A DNA stretch of 64,000 nt from positions 6,184 through 70,183 of IMG/VR virus record IMGVR_UViG_3300017963_000264; one strand, given 5' to 3'. Below the pieces are notes generated by a model that worked only from the letters and a program-made list of their open reading frames with translations, was not told the origin of the DNA and did not search any database. Position numbers and translations under genes: made by a program. Origin of the DNA: a virus. Positions 56,496 to 64,000 of this stretch are shown piece after piece. How positions within the stretch are numbered: the stretch's first letter is position 1; each line of letters begins with the position of its first letter.

Positions 56496-58577
56496 TTATA
56501 AACCTATATAGCAATCACATCCCTGATGAAGCGGCGGATGCTGAACAACCCCTCTAATTTTCATCGGTCCATTTTTAGCACCTTTCGGTTCCCACTCTTC
56601 ATCGCCACTAAAAAATGATGATCCTTGCTGGATCTTCTTCCCTTCAAGTGCTCGGCAATAAGGGCAAGTCTCTGGGCCTCTCGTTCTCCATACAGCAGAC
56701 AAACCAGAAGAAAGATAAATAAATGACGCCCCACCATTAGATGCTCTTACCTGCTCTTCTAATGCTATTTTATCGGGTCTGCGCTCCTGCCATTCATCCA
56801 TCCTTTGCTCAATGCCATCAAAATCCTCCACATCTATAAAAGAAGATACTTGCCCTAAAGAGCGATATATATGACGGGCCATATAACCCTCTGTATAGCC
56901 ACCAATAAACAATTTCATCTCATCAGTAAGATCGCTATCCGGCGAAAGCCCTATATCCTGCACAGCATCATAAAAAACTGACTCAATAAAAGAATACAAT
57001 ACCGGCCCCATTGTCTTTTTAATATAACTTGGCATTTGCCGATAAAATTCATTTAGCCATTTTTTAAAACCCGCTCTTTTCGCATTCTTAGCAATCGCCT
57101 TTGTCTCCTTATTAACAATACGACGAGCGGCATCAAGCACCAATGGTTGGTATCGCTTTGATATTCTATCGCGAGTAGTAATAGCCCTATACTCTGTGAT
57201 ATGAACACTATCATTATCAATTAATAAACGAGTATTAGATTCATCCGGTTCTTGTTCTTCTTCCGGTAACATTTCAGGTTCTTTTTTATCAGGCTGCTCT
57301 TTTTGCTTTATTGTACTATCAATCATTTCTTTAGAGCGGCTTAGTGGGACGTATTGCATCTGAATAAATACATCATCCCCGCCATCAACCGGATCCATAT
57401 CTTCAAGCTCTCTAATTTCATTCGGCTTAATAGAAGCTACTTGAAATAAAGATTGATAAAATTTTGCTCTGCTTTCTGAATCTCCGCGAAGCAAACCTTC
57501 AACCGAATGTTTAAAATAATAACCTAACCGCCGTTCTTTTTCTGTAAGAAAACGAAAATCAAACCACTGTTCCCGCCTAACTATCCAAGGCAATAAAGTG
57601 ATTTTTAAAAACTGGATCCAATCAGATTCTATATTGTTATAATGCGCCTGTGTTAAGTCTTTTAACAAATGAGGAGCAATATTCAGCCATCGTGCAATCT
57701 CAGGAATTTGGAATTGCCGAGTTTCTAAAAATTGGGCATCGTCAGGAGGGATTCCTATTTTTTCAACTTCCAAACCGCCTTCAAGAACCATAAAACGATG
57801 ACTTTTTCCTAAGCCTTCATATTGTTTAACATCTTCCCTCAACGCTTTTTTTACTTCAGGTCCTGCCCCTCGCGGCATCTTTAATATTAAACCAAGATTA
57901 GTACCAGAACCAAACCAACGGCTACCAAATTGCTCTGCCGCCATCGTTAACCCTAATGACTCACGAGCTTTTTGTACTATACTATAACCAATAAAACCAT
58001 TATAACCTAAACCAGGAATATGAAGAATTTTATCACGGCCTAAAAACTTATCTTCTCCACCTACATTAATTCTATAAATAACATCCGATCCGCCCCACTC
58101 AACCGTAACCCTATCTGGCGTAATAGGCCAAAGCTCAATAATATCCCCTTGGCGATTACGAACAATCTCACTATACTGATTACCCCAAGTAAGAAGATGC
58201 GCCATGCCAGTTTCGTGATAAGTGCTTGCAGGCATAGATGGATTAGGCTGTTTAGAAAGCACATAATATGCCGGATGGTCTGTTATCAGTTTTCTACCAC
58301 CCGATGGTTTTCTTTTATAAAGATGCAACGGTAACGCACAAGCAATTGTACTGCTAATAATATTTACACCACAATAATAAGCTGAAGTATTAAGGGCTAA
58401 ATTCTCTGATACCTGAACACCGCTTTCTGTTTTGCCCATACCATAAAGGTTCCAAAAAGCAGATGACCACGCCTTAGGATCGCTTAATTTTAAATCTCTA
58501 AAAAGATTCTTGGCTTTATTAGTATAATAGCCAGCCAAAAGGCTGGTTTTTTCTTTAAATGAATACTTTTGCGTCAT
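56496..58577 (-). CDS. HK97-family portal protein fused to a MuF/SPP1 gp7-like domain
   Basis: LLTWGN, ILHIPG, DAQFLETR, LLRGD, PNEIRELED; C-terminal W.T...TCPYC..L.G and HPPLHQGCDC. Confidence 0.88.
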   Translation of the reverse strand: MTQKYSFKEKTSLLAGYYTNKAKNLFRDLKLSDPKAWSSAFWNLYGMGKTESGVQVSENLALNTSAYYCGVNIISSTIACALPLHLYKRKPSGGRKLITDHPAYYVLSKQPNPSMPASTYHETGMAHLLTWGNQYSEIVRNRQGDIIELWPITPDRVTVEWGGSDVIYRINVGGEDKFLGRDKILHIPGLGYNGFIGYSIVQKARESLGLTMAAEQFGSRWFGSGTNLGLILKMPRGAGPEVKKALREDVKQYEGLGKSHRFMVLEGGLEVEKIGIPPDDAQFLETRQFQIPEIARWLNIAPHLLKDLTQAHYNNIESDWIQFLKITLLPWIVRREQWFDFRFLTEKERRLGYYFKHSVEGLLRGDSESRAKFYQSLFQVASIKPNEIRELEDMDPVDGGDDVFIQMQYVPLSRSKEMIDSTIKQKEQPDKKEPEMLPEEEQEPDESNTRLLIDNDSVHITEYRAITTRDRISKRYQPLVLDAARRIVNKETKAIAKNAKRAGFKKWLNEFYRQMPSYIKKTMGPVLYSFIESVFYDAVQDIGLSPDSDLTDEMKLFIGGYTEGYMARHIYRSLGQVSSFIDVEDFDGIEQRMDEWQERRPDKIALEEQVRASNGGASFIYLSSGLSAVWRTRGPETCPYCRALEGKKIQQGSSFFSGDEEWEPKGAKNGPMKIRGVVQHPPLHQGCDCYIGL

Positions 58578-60373
58578 ATAAACGAAATCCCTGGCGAATC
58601 CACCTCAGTATGTCTAATAGATCTATCAAGCGCCATAATCAAAGCAACTATGCCGTCAATTCGCTCCCTGGATTTTTCTTTATTTGGTTTTATGTTTTCT
58701 GCTGGATCTTCGCTGGCTACAACATTTGACGCCATCCAGCTTAGTACAGGATTGCCACCATGGGCAATTTCTTGTGCAAGAACCATTCTCTCAAGTGCTT
58801 TCATCGGCGGTGACATAGAAGCATACCCTTGCCCAAAACGAACAAGGCTTCTAATAGGATCATCTATTTCGGCAGGATCATCGAAGCCTAAATCTTGTAA
58901 ATCCTGCATTATCTTCGTCGCTCCCCAGCGATCATATGCAATTTCTCGAATGTCATACTGTTTTAAATCCTGCTCGATTTGACTTACAATAAAATGATAA
59001 TCAATTACATTACCAGGGGTTGCTATAACATACCCGGCCCTGATCCAAACGTCATACTGCACTCGATCACGGCGAACTCGAATCTCCATATTTTCTTGCG
59101 GTATAAAGAAACGACAAAGCACCCTATATGGCTCTTCCTCAACTTCGGGAGGAAATACCATAACAAAAGCCGTAATATCTTTATTTGTAGAAAGGTCAAG
59201 ACCCGCATAGCAAATACGACCTCTTAATGCTTCGCTATCAACCGCCCCACCGCATGCCTTCCAAAGCTCCGGGGTGATCCAAAGCGTCTCGCTTTCTGTC
59301 CAAATATCAAGATGCTTTCTTAAAAAAGAATTACGAGCAGAAGGCAATTCAAGCGCCTTCTTAGCTTTTTTTCGTAAATCTTTACGAATCGTTGGCATAA
59401 TATCAATATTAGGATTCGCCTTAACCCAAAGATCTTCATTATGCCAATCTTCTTCTTCGCCTTCATCTAATGTATAAATAATACCCCAATAGGTATCATC
59501 TATAACGCCAATATCCGGGTAATCAATTCCTGTTAAAATTCGTTCGGTGTAACTATGTTGTTCCCAACAAATACTTTGGCGATCAACTCCAGCGGTTGTA
59601 ATCGCCCACATTAAAGGCTGCTGACGAGCACCAGTCGCCGTGTCCATAACATCCCAAGCATCACGAGTTTTATGAACATGCAACTCATCAATTAGCGCAC
59701 CATGAACATTAAGTCCGTCTAAGGTAGAAGTATCACGACCGACAGGCTCAAATTTACTTGCGGTTGCCTCAACATGAAGATTATTTCTATATATTCTTAT
59801 ATGATCCCTAAGCAATGATGAACTTTTCACCATTCTTGTTGCTTCTGTGTGGCTAATCATCGCTTGTTCGTGCTTGGTAGCAACGCTATAAATTTCAGCC
59901 CCTGGTTCACCATCGCCATCAAGCAAATACAAACCAATACCAGCGATCAAAGTCGTCTTGCCATTTTTTCTTGCAACCTCAAGATAAACAGTTTGAAAGC
60001 GTCGAGCACCGTCTTCTCTTCTTTTCCACCCAAAAACAACATAAACAACAAATTGCTGCCAAGGACTTAATTTAAAAACCTGCCCAGCCCATTGGCCTTT
60101 GCTATGCCTTAAAAACTCAAAAAACTTAATTACTTGAAGCCCAGCGTCTTTATCAAAGTAAAATTCACTTTTTTTACTCTTAAAACGCTTTAAATCGTTT
60201 AAATGTCGCTTCGCTGCTAACTTTACCCACTTACAGGCAATAATTTTTCCAGACAACACATCATCAATATATTGTTCTGGAATATTTTTAGACTTTTTTC
60301 TTTTTGGCATTCGCCTTCCACTGCTCGTATGCGTTACCTTTATCTTTAGCAGATTGCTTCGTGCCACTGACAC
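58574..60373 (-). CDS. Terminase large subunit (real start probably MPKRKK at about 60310)
   Basis: LSPWQ, VARKNGKT, IDELH, ITTAG, GLDLS, YDRW, IDGIVA. Confidence 0.95.
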   Translation of the reverse strand: MSVARSNLLKIKVTHTSSGRRMPKRKKSKNIPEQYIDDVLSGKIIACKWVKLAAKRHLNDLKRFKSKKSEFYFDKDAGLQVIKFFEFLRHSKGQWAGQVFKLSPWQQFVVYVVFGWKRREDGARRFQTVYLEVARKNGKTTLIAGIGLYLLDGDGEPGAEIYSVATKHEQAMISHTEATRMVKSSSLLRDHIRIYRNNLHVEATASKFEPVGRDTSTLDGLNVHGALIDELHVHKTRDAWDVMDTATGARQQPLMWAITTAGVDRQSICWEQHSYTERILTGIDYPDIGVIDDTYWGIIYTLDEGEEEDWHNEDLWVKANPNIDIMPTIRKDLRKKAKKALELPSARNSFLRKHLDIWTESETLWITPELWKACGGAVDSEALRGRICYAGLDLSTNKDITAFVMVFPPEVEEEPYRVLCRFFIPQENMEIRVRRDRVQYDVWIRAGYVIATPGNVIDYHFIVSQIEQDLKQYDIREIAYDRWGATKIMQDLQDLGFDDPAEIDDPIRSLVRFGQGYASMSPPMKALERMVLAQEIAHGGNPVLSWMASNVVASEDPAENIKPNKEKSRERIDGIVALIMALDRSIRHTEVDSPGISFI

Positions 60374-60779
60374 GGCTACGGCTACTTGGCGTCATTCCGA
60401 ATTCTGTTGCAATCTTCATCATCTTTTCCATTGCCTGATTTTTCATACCTACGTATGGATTCTGATAAAGATGCCCATTTTTCTCACCAACCGCCATATA
60501 TCCATTATTTTTTATCTGTTCAACCGCTTCAGCCCACGTACTAAACGCATCAGCATAGGCTGCAAGTGCGGTTGCATCAATTTCTGTAATCACTCCAAGG
60601 GGCGCAAGAATTTTTGCCACTCTTCGATATTCTCTTTTTGCAATGTTACTTAGAAAGCTCGGAGGCGGAGGAACTTCAGTGGATGGTTGCGGTTCATTTT
60701 TTGGCAAAGGCTTACCAGTAGGATTGCCACGCAGCATTCTTAATTTTGTCGGTGTCGGTTTCGTTCCACGAATAGCCAT
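60288..60779 (-). CDS. Terminase small subunit (P27 family)
   Basis: RG.KPTPT.L..LRGNP, PPSFL, NPY, EFGMTPSSR. Confidence 0.9.
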   Translation of the reverse strand: MAIRGTKPTPTKLRMLRGNPTGKPLPKNEPQPSTEVPPPPSFLSNIAKREYRRVAKILAPLGVITEIDATALAAYADAFSTWAEAVEQIKNNGYMAVGEKNGHLYQNPYVGMKNQAMEKMMKIATEFGMTPSSRSRVSGTKQSAKDKGNAYEQWKANAKKKKV

Positions 60780-60798
60780 ACAATTCAGCTCAATAAAA

Positions 60799-60831
60799 AA
60801 GGGCAGACTGCAAAAAAGCAGGCCTGCCCTT
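60799..60831 (-). terminator. Terminator-like hairpin just upstream of terS
   Basis: Minus strand AAGGGCAGGCCTGC-TTTTTT-GCAGTCTGCCCTT followed by a T-run. Confidence 0.55.
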
Positions 60832-61020
60832 GTAAAAAAGGAGGTAAAAGTCTATTTTAAGCAGCTACTAAAAATATATTATAATTTATTTTAATATATA
60901 ATAGTTTTGCTTAAAAGTAAAGACTTTTTATATAATATTACTTTTTATATAAAGAAAATAAAAGTAATAAAGAAAATAAACATAATCTAATTGGAGCGTA
61001 ATAAAAATACTATTTCATTT

Positions 61021-61224
61021 TTAAAGCTCCTTTAATTGCCTTCTTGTTATAGTTTCTTCTTGTGACTCTTGCGGGTAATCGCCTGTTGAATTTAAAATCT
61101 CAAATACAATATCCTGGTAAATAAACGATGTACACCGAGGGGTTCTACCAACAGCCATACCCTCAAAAATTAAAGCATTTATATATTTAAAATCAAGCAT
61201 AATCATAATATTTTTTTGGTTCAC
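61021..61224 (-). CDS. Small hypothetical protein downstream of array 1 (start uncertain)
   Basis: Track start lies within the last repeat; ATG alternatives at about 61200-61206. Confidence 0.35.
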   Translation of the reverse strand: MNQKNIMIMLDFKYINALIFEGMAVGRTPRCTSFIYQDIVFEILNSTGDYPQESQEETITRRQLKEL

Positions 61225-61406
61225 TCTGTTCTAATGGATTTCTCTTAATTTATGGCTCGCTTGCGTTGAATGGGTTTCTCCTTGTCAATGGCTCGCTCAG
61301 AATTTCTGGGTTTCTCGGCGCAGATAGCCCGCTCAAACAGGATAGGTTTCTCCAACTTTTTGGCTCGCTCTCGTAAATTAGACTTCTTTTCTTATATGGC
61401 TCGCTT
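61217..61406 (-). ncRNA. TIGR-like dual-repeat guide array 1 (5 units)
   Basis: + strand TGGCTCGCTC-N8-TGGGTTTCTC-N8 with 36-nt period; edge repeats at 61217, 61253, 61289, 61325, 61361, 61397. Confidence 0.88.
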
Positions 61407-61412
61407 TATAAA

Positions 61413-62177
61413 TCAAGCGGCATGCTTTCTCCCAAGATATTCCTCTTCATAAGGGACACGAATAGGCAACCCTTCCAATTCCCGCCATGCCACATACAAA
61501 TCTTTCAAAAACATCTTAATCATTTTACGAATTGCGGCTTTATGACGATGATCTGGATAAGCATCTTTCCATGCTACCGTTCTGGTAGATACCCCCTTAT
61601 ATTTCTTTTTAACTCTATCCACTCGCCGCAACCGCTCTTCGACCAATCTATCGCTATTCTCTAATCGTTGTTTCGTATCATAATAATATCCAGAATATGG
61701 GACAGATTTACATTTAAGAAAACTACCGCCAAGCACGCCACAAAGCTTAGATCTTAGAAATTGATTATAAGAGCATTTTTTACCCTTCACTTTTCGATCT
61801 TTCCCTGGAGCCAATCCAGCAAACGAAACTAAATTACTAACCATTGGGGCTTTATAAATATCAAATTGAGTAATAATTACTGCCGCCATCATTGTTCCTA
61901 CGCCTTTAATGTTGCCAAGAAAATTAATCCAAAGATCATGCTGTTTTATTACTTTGGCCATTTCCTTTTCTAATCCCGCTTCCATCTTTACACATTCATC
62001 ACGACGACTAATCAACGGCATAAGTAAATAATTATCTCTTTCTGGAATGCCCTTTTTAACTTCTCCATTTTTCTTACGTCCAATCATCCCGTCAAGATTA
62101 ATCCGCTCCTGTTGATAATCGTAATACGCCCTGGTATTAATTGCCAATGAATTTAATTGCTCCTGTGTAAATTTCAT
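61413..62177 (-). CDS. Nop-domain / IS110-related RNA-binding protein, TasA-like (no RuvC or HNH domain)
   Basis: Coiled-coil N-terminus, FLGNIKGVG.MMAA.II, SNLVSFAGLAP, YN..LRSKL, Y...K.RL, HRHKAAIRKMIK.FL.DLY..WR; flanked by arrays. Confidence 0.85.
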   Translation of the reverse strand: MKFTQEQLNSLAINTRAYYDYQQERINLDGMIGRKKNGEVKKGIPERDNYLLMPLISRRDECVKMEAGLEKEMAKVIKQHDLWINFLGNIKGVGTMMAAVIITQFDIYKAPMVSNLVSFAGLAPGKDRKVKGKKCSYNQFLRSKLCGVLGGSFLKCKSVPYSGYYYDTKQRLENSDRLVEERLRRVDRVKKKYKGVSTRTVAWKDAYPDHRHKAAIRKMIKMFLKDLYVAWRELEGLPIRVPYEEEYLGRKHAA

Positions 62178-62229
62178 AATTTAATCTCCTTTGTGCTTTC
62201 TATGTTCCTTACCGTCTTATGACAGAAGG

Positions 62230-62377
62230 GTTTACGCTCTTAAATTCTGGGTTTCTCGAAATATCTGGCTCGCTCGTTTTACGTGGGTTTCTCTTCCAAG
62301 CTGGCTCGCTTTTAGTTTATAGGCTTCTCTAAATTGGTGGCTCGCTCTTGGACCGTGGATTTCTTAGGTACCATAGC
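62230..62377 (-). ncRNA. TIGR-like dual-repeat guide array 2 (4 units)
   Basis: Loop repeats at 62248, 62284, 62320, 62356; edge repeats at 62266, 62302, 62338. Confidence 0.88.
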
Positions 62378-62392
62378 AAAAATCAAAATCAT

Positions 62393-63070
62393 CTATACAC
62401 CAGATATAGCCAATACACGTTCAATTTCATCTTTCAATTCATGCAAAACAAATATTTCATTTTCTGTTAACGGATAAGAATTGGCCCTCAATGCATTAAG
62501 CAATAAACGAGCATTGACAATAGGTAGCATACCATTTGCCGTACGGGCATAATGTTCCTGCTTTTTTGTTAATTTCTTTCCAGCCAAATCCATTGCCCCA
62601 GCAGATAGCGGTACTTTTTCGCCAGTATTCGTAGTTGCAGTGCGCCGATTTTCCAAAAATTTTAAGCTTTCCTTTGTCATCCCAAGAGCATCAGCAATAG
62701 CAGCCAATGGAATCTTTTTTCTTTTTGCCGTAAGCGCCACATGCACCCGGTCTTTCGGTGTCAAAGGCAAACCATGCTCTGCATTCAAACGGGCAGCTTC
62801 AAGAAACATCTCCTTCTCATTCTTATAATCACGAAATTCAACAGAGGCTTCCGCTGCATCTCCAAAAAGTAAACGGTATGCTTCCGCCCGATGCATACCA
62901 TCAATAATACGATAACTCTTCGCATCCGCAATAATCGGCGGAAGCACGACCCCGGCATCTATCGCCTCTTTTAATCGCTTAACATTAGTTGAATCTAAAT
63001 CATTAGCTTCATAACGAGGCCATAAAGACCAATCCTTTACCAATTCAAGTACCTTTACTGTTTTAACCAT
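62393..63070 (-). CDS. ParB/Srx-like N-terminal domain protein with HTH
   Basis: WPR, LPPIIAD...RIIDGMHR, N..HGLPL, LAAIADALGMT. Confidence 0.82.
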   Translation of the reverse strand: MVKTVKVLELVKDWSLWPRYEANDLDSTNVKRLKEAIDAGVVLPPIIADAKSYRIIDGMHRAEAYRLLFGDAAEASVEFRDYKNEKEMFLEAARLNAEHGLPLTPKDRVHVALTAKRKKIPLAAIADALGMTKESLKFLENRRTATTNTGEKVPLSAGAMDLAGKKLTKKQEHYARTANGMLPIVNARLLLNALRANSYPLTENEIFVLHELKDEIERVLAISGV

Positions 63071-63129
63071 TTTTAATTATCCTTTCTCATTTGAGAATTA
63101 ATAGCTTCCCATTACCTTTTGGTATGGGA

Positions 63130-63391
63130 GGTTGCGCTCGTTTTCTTTGGGTTTCTCTATGTTGATAGCTCGCTCAAAAGGTTTGGGTTTCTCCTGATCA
63201 CTGGCTCGCTCCTACTGGATGGATTTCTCCAGGCATATGGCTCGCTCTGATGGATTGGGTTTCTCAGAGTGATTGGCTCGCTCAAAAGGAATGGGTTTCT
63301 CTCTTCTCTTGGCTCGCTCTAAAAGCGTGGGTTTCTCTATTTGTCTGGCTCGCTCAAATATCATGGGTTTCTCAGGATCCATGGCTCGTTT
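63130..63391 (-). ncRNA. TIGR-like dual-repeat guide array 3 (7 units)
   Basis: Loop repeats at 63148, 63184, 63220, 63256, 63292, 63328, 63364; edge repeats every 36 nt from 63166 to 63382. Confidence 0.9.
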
Positions 63392-63407
63392 ATTATATTA
63401 TAAGCCT
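63388..63407 (-). promoter_or_regulatory. Conserved promoter-like motif (copy 4) directly ahead of array 3
   Basis: Minus strand AGGCTTATAATATAATAAAC immediately followed by GAGCCA of the first repeat. Confidence 0.6.
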
Positions 63408-63925
63408 TACAAGCATTTTCTTAAAAATAATTTTTGATTATTTCCCGATTTATTAAAATCCACTATTGCTTGCGCTATCTTAATGACATCATCATCTGTC
63501 ATTTGTTGTTTAAAAGCATTTACGCACCATGCTATAATTCGGCAATTTGATTTAATATATCCTTTTTTAGGATCAATACGATCAATTGATGGTGACATAG
63601 GATGAATATATCTTGGTTTTAATCCAGTATTACCACGAGTAACCAAATGTAATTTAACACCCGATAGCTGACATATACCTGATCTAATTAAAGGCTTAAG
63701 CCAATTATAATCAAGATCAAATGGTATATTATTTTTTTGACAATACGTCTTTTTATCCCAAAGCATATTTTTTACTCTACCGTGTAATGTATTTAAATAA
63801 GCATATTTTTTCTCTTTAATAGTGCCCGGCCATTTTTCTTTACGTCCAGCGTTATTACGAAAACCACCTCTATGATCTAATAATTTATATCCTTTTAATT
63901 TATTACCAAATAAATCTCTACGCAT
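63407..63925 (-). CDS. His-Me finger (HNH-like) endonuclease
   Basis: CQLSG...SPSIDRIDPKKGYIKSNCRIIAWCVNAFK. Confidence 0.7.
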   Translation of the reverse strand: MRRDLFGNKLKGYKLLDHRGGFRNNAGRKEKWPGTIKEKKYAYLNTLHGRVKNMLWDKKTYCQKNNIPFDLDYNWLKPLIRSGICQLSGVKLHLVTRGNTGLKPRYIHPMSPSIDRIDPKKGYIKSNCRIIAWCVNAFKQQMTDDDVIKIAQAIVDFNKSGNNQKLFLRKCL

Positions 63926-64000
63926 AATTTAAACTATTATTTTATTATAATATTATTATAATAACCTAATACCTAAAACCAACTATTGTTGCGAGAAAAC

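Noticed and set aside
27179-60894. Many + strand ORFs across the structural arm (e.g. 27179-27691, 53697-54134, 58569-58982)
   Set aside because: Antisense shadows of well-supported minus-strand genes, with no motifs of their own
61413-62177. IS110 transposase / insertion sequence
   Set aside because: No N-terminal DEDD RuvC domain and no catalytic Ser loop; flanked by guide-like arrays rather than IS ends
61217-63391. CRISPR array interpretation
   Set aside because: Two alternating 10-nt repeats with 8-nt spacers are far shorter than CRISPR repeats and spacers, and no cas genes are present
61270-63456. + strand ORFs 61270-61452 and 63250-63456
   Set aside because: They are translations of the 36-nt repeats (periodic GFS/ARS and WVS/WLA), antisense to the operon

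Overview
AT-rich tailed-phage DNA with an HK97-type capsid and a lambda-like non-contractile tail. The + strand arm (1-18963) carries a 7-deazaguanine DNA-modification cluster (queE, folE, queD-like, TGT/DpdA-like, glycosyltransferase), a host-type replisome (DnaN, DnaE, DnaX-like) and T4-style recombination genes (UvsY-like, gp32-like SSB, RecA/UvsX, RuvC, split SbcC plus SbcD). It also has a tRNA-mimic RNA locus at about 13.4-13.7 kb. The - strand arm (19031-63925) carries accessory and membrane genes, tail fibres/spikes, tail, a glycosylation/sulfation/radical-SAM island, head and terminase. The most striking element is at 61217-63391: three arrays of strictly 36-nt-periodic dual repeats (16 units, each with two short variable spacers) interleaved with a Nop/IS110-like gene that lacks the transposase catalytic parts and a ParB-like gene. 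This looks like an RNA-guided TIGR-Tas-type system, with an HNH-like gene next to it. The second highlight is a circularly permuted (YrlA-like) tRNA mimic behind a coiled-coil gene, with no Ro60 gene in the window. All calls come from reading motifs by eye; no searches were run.
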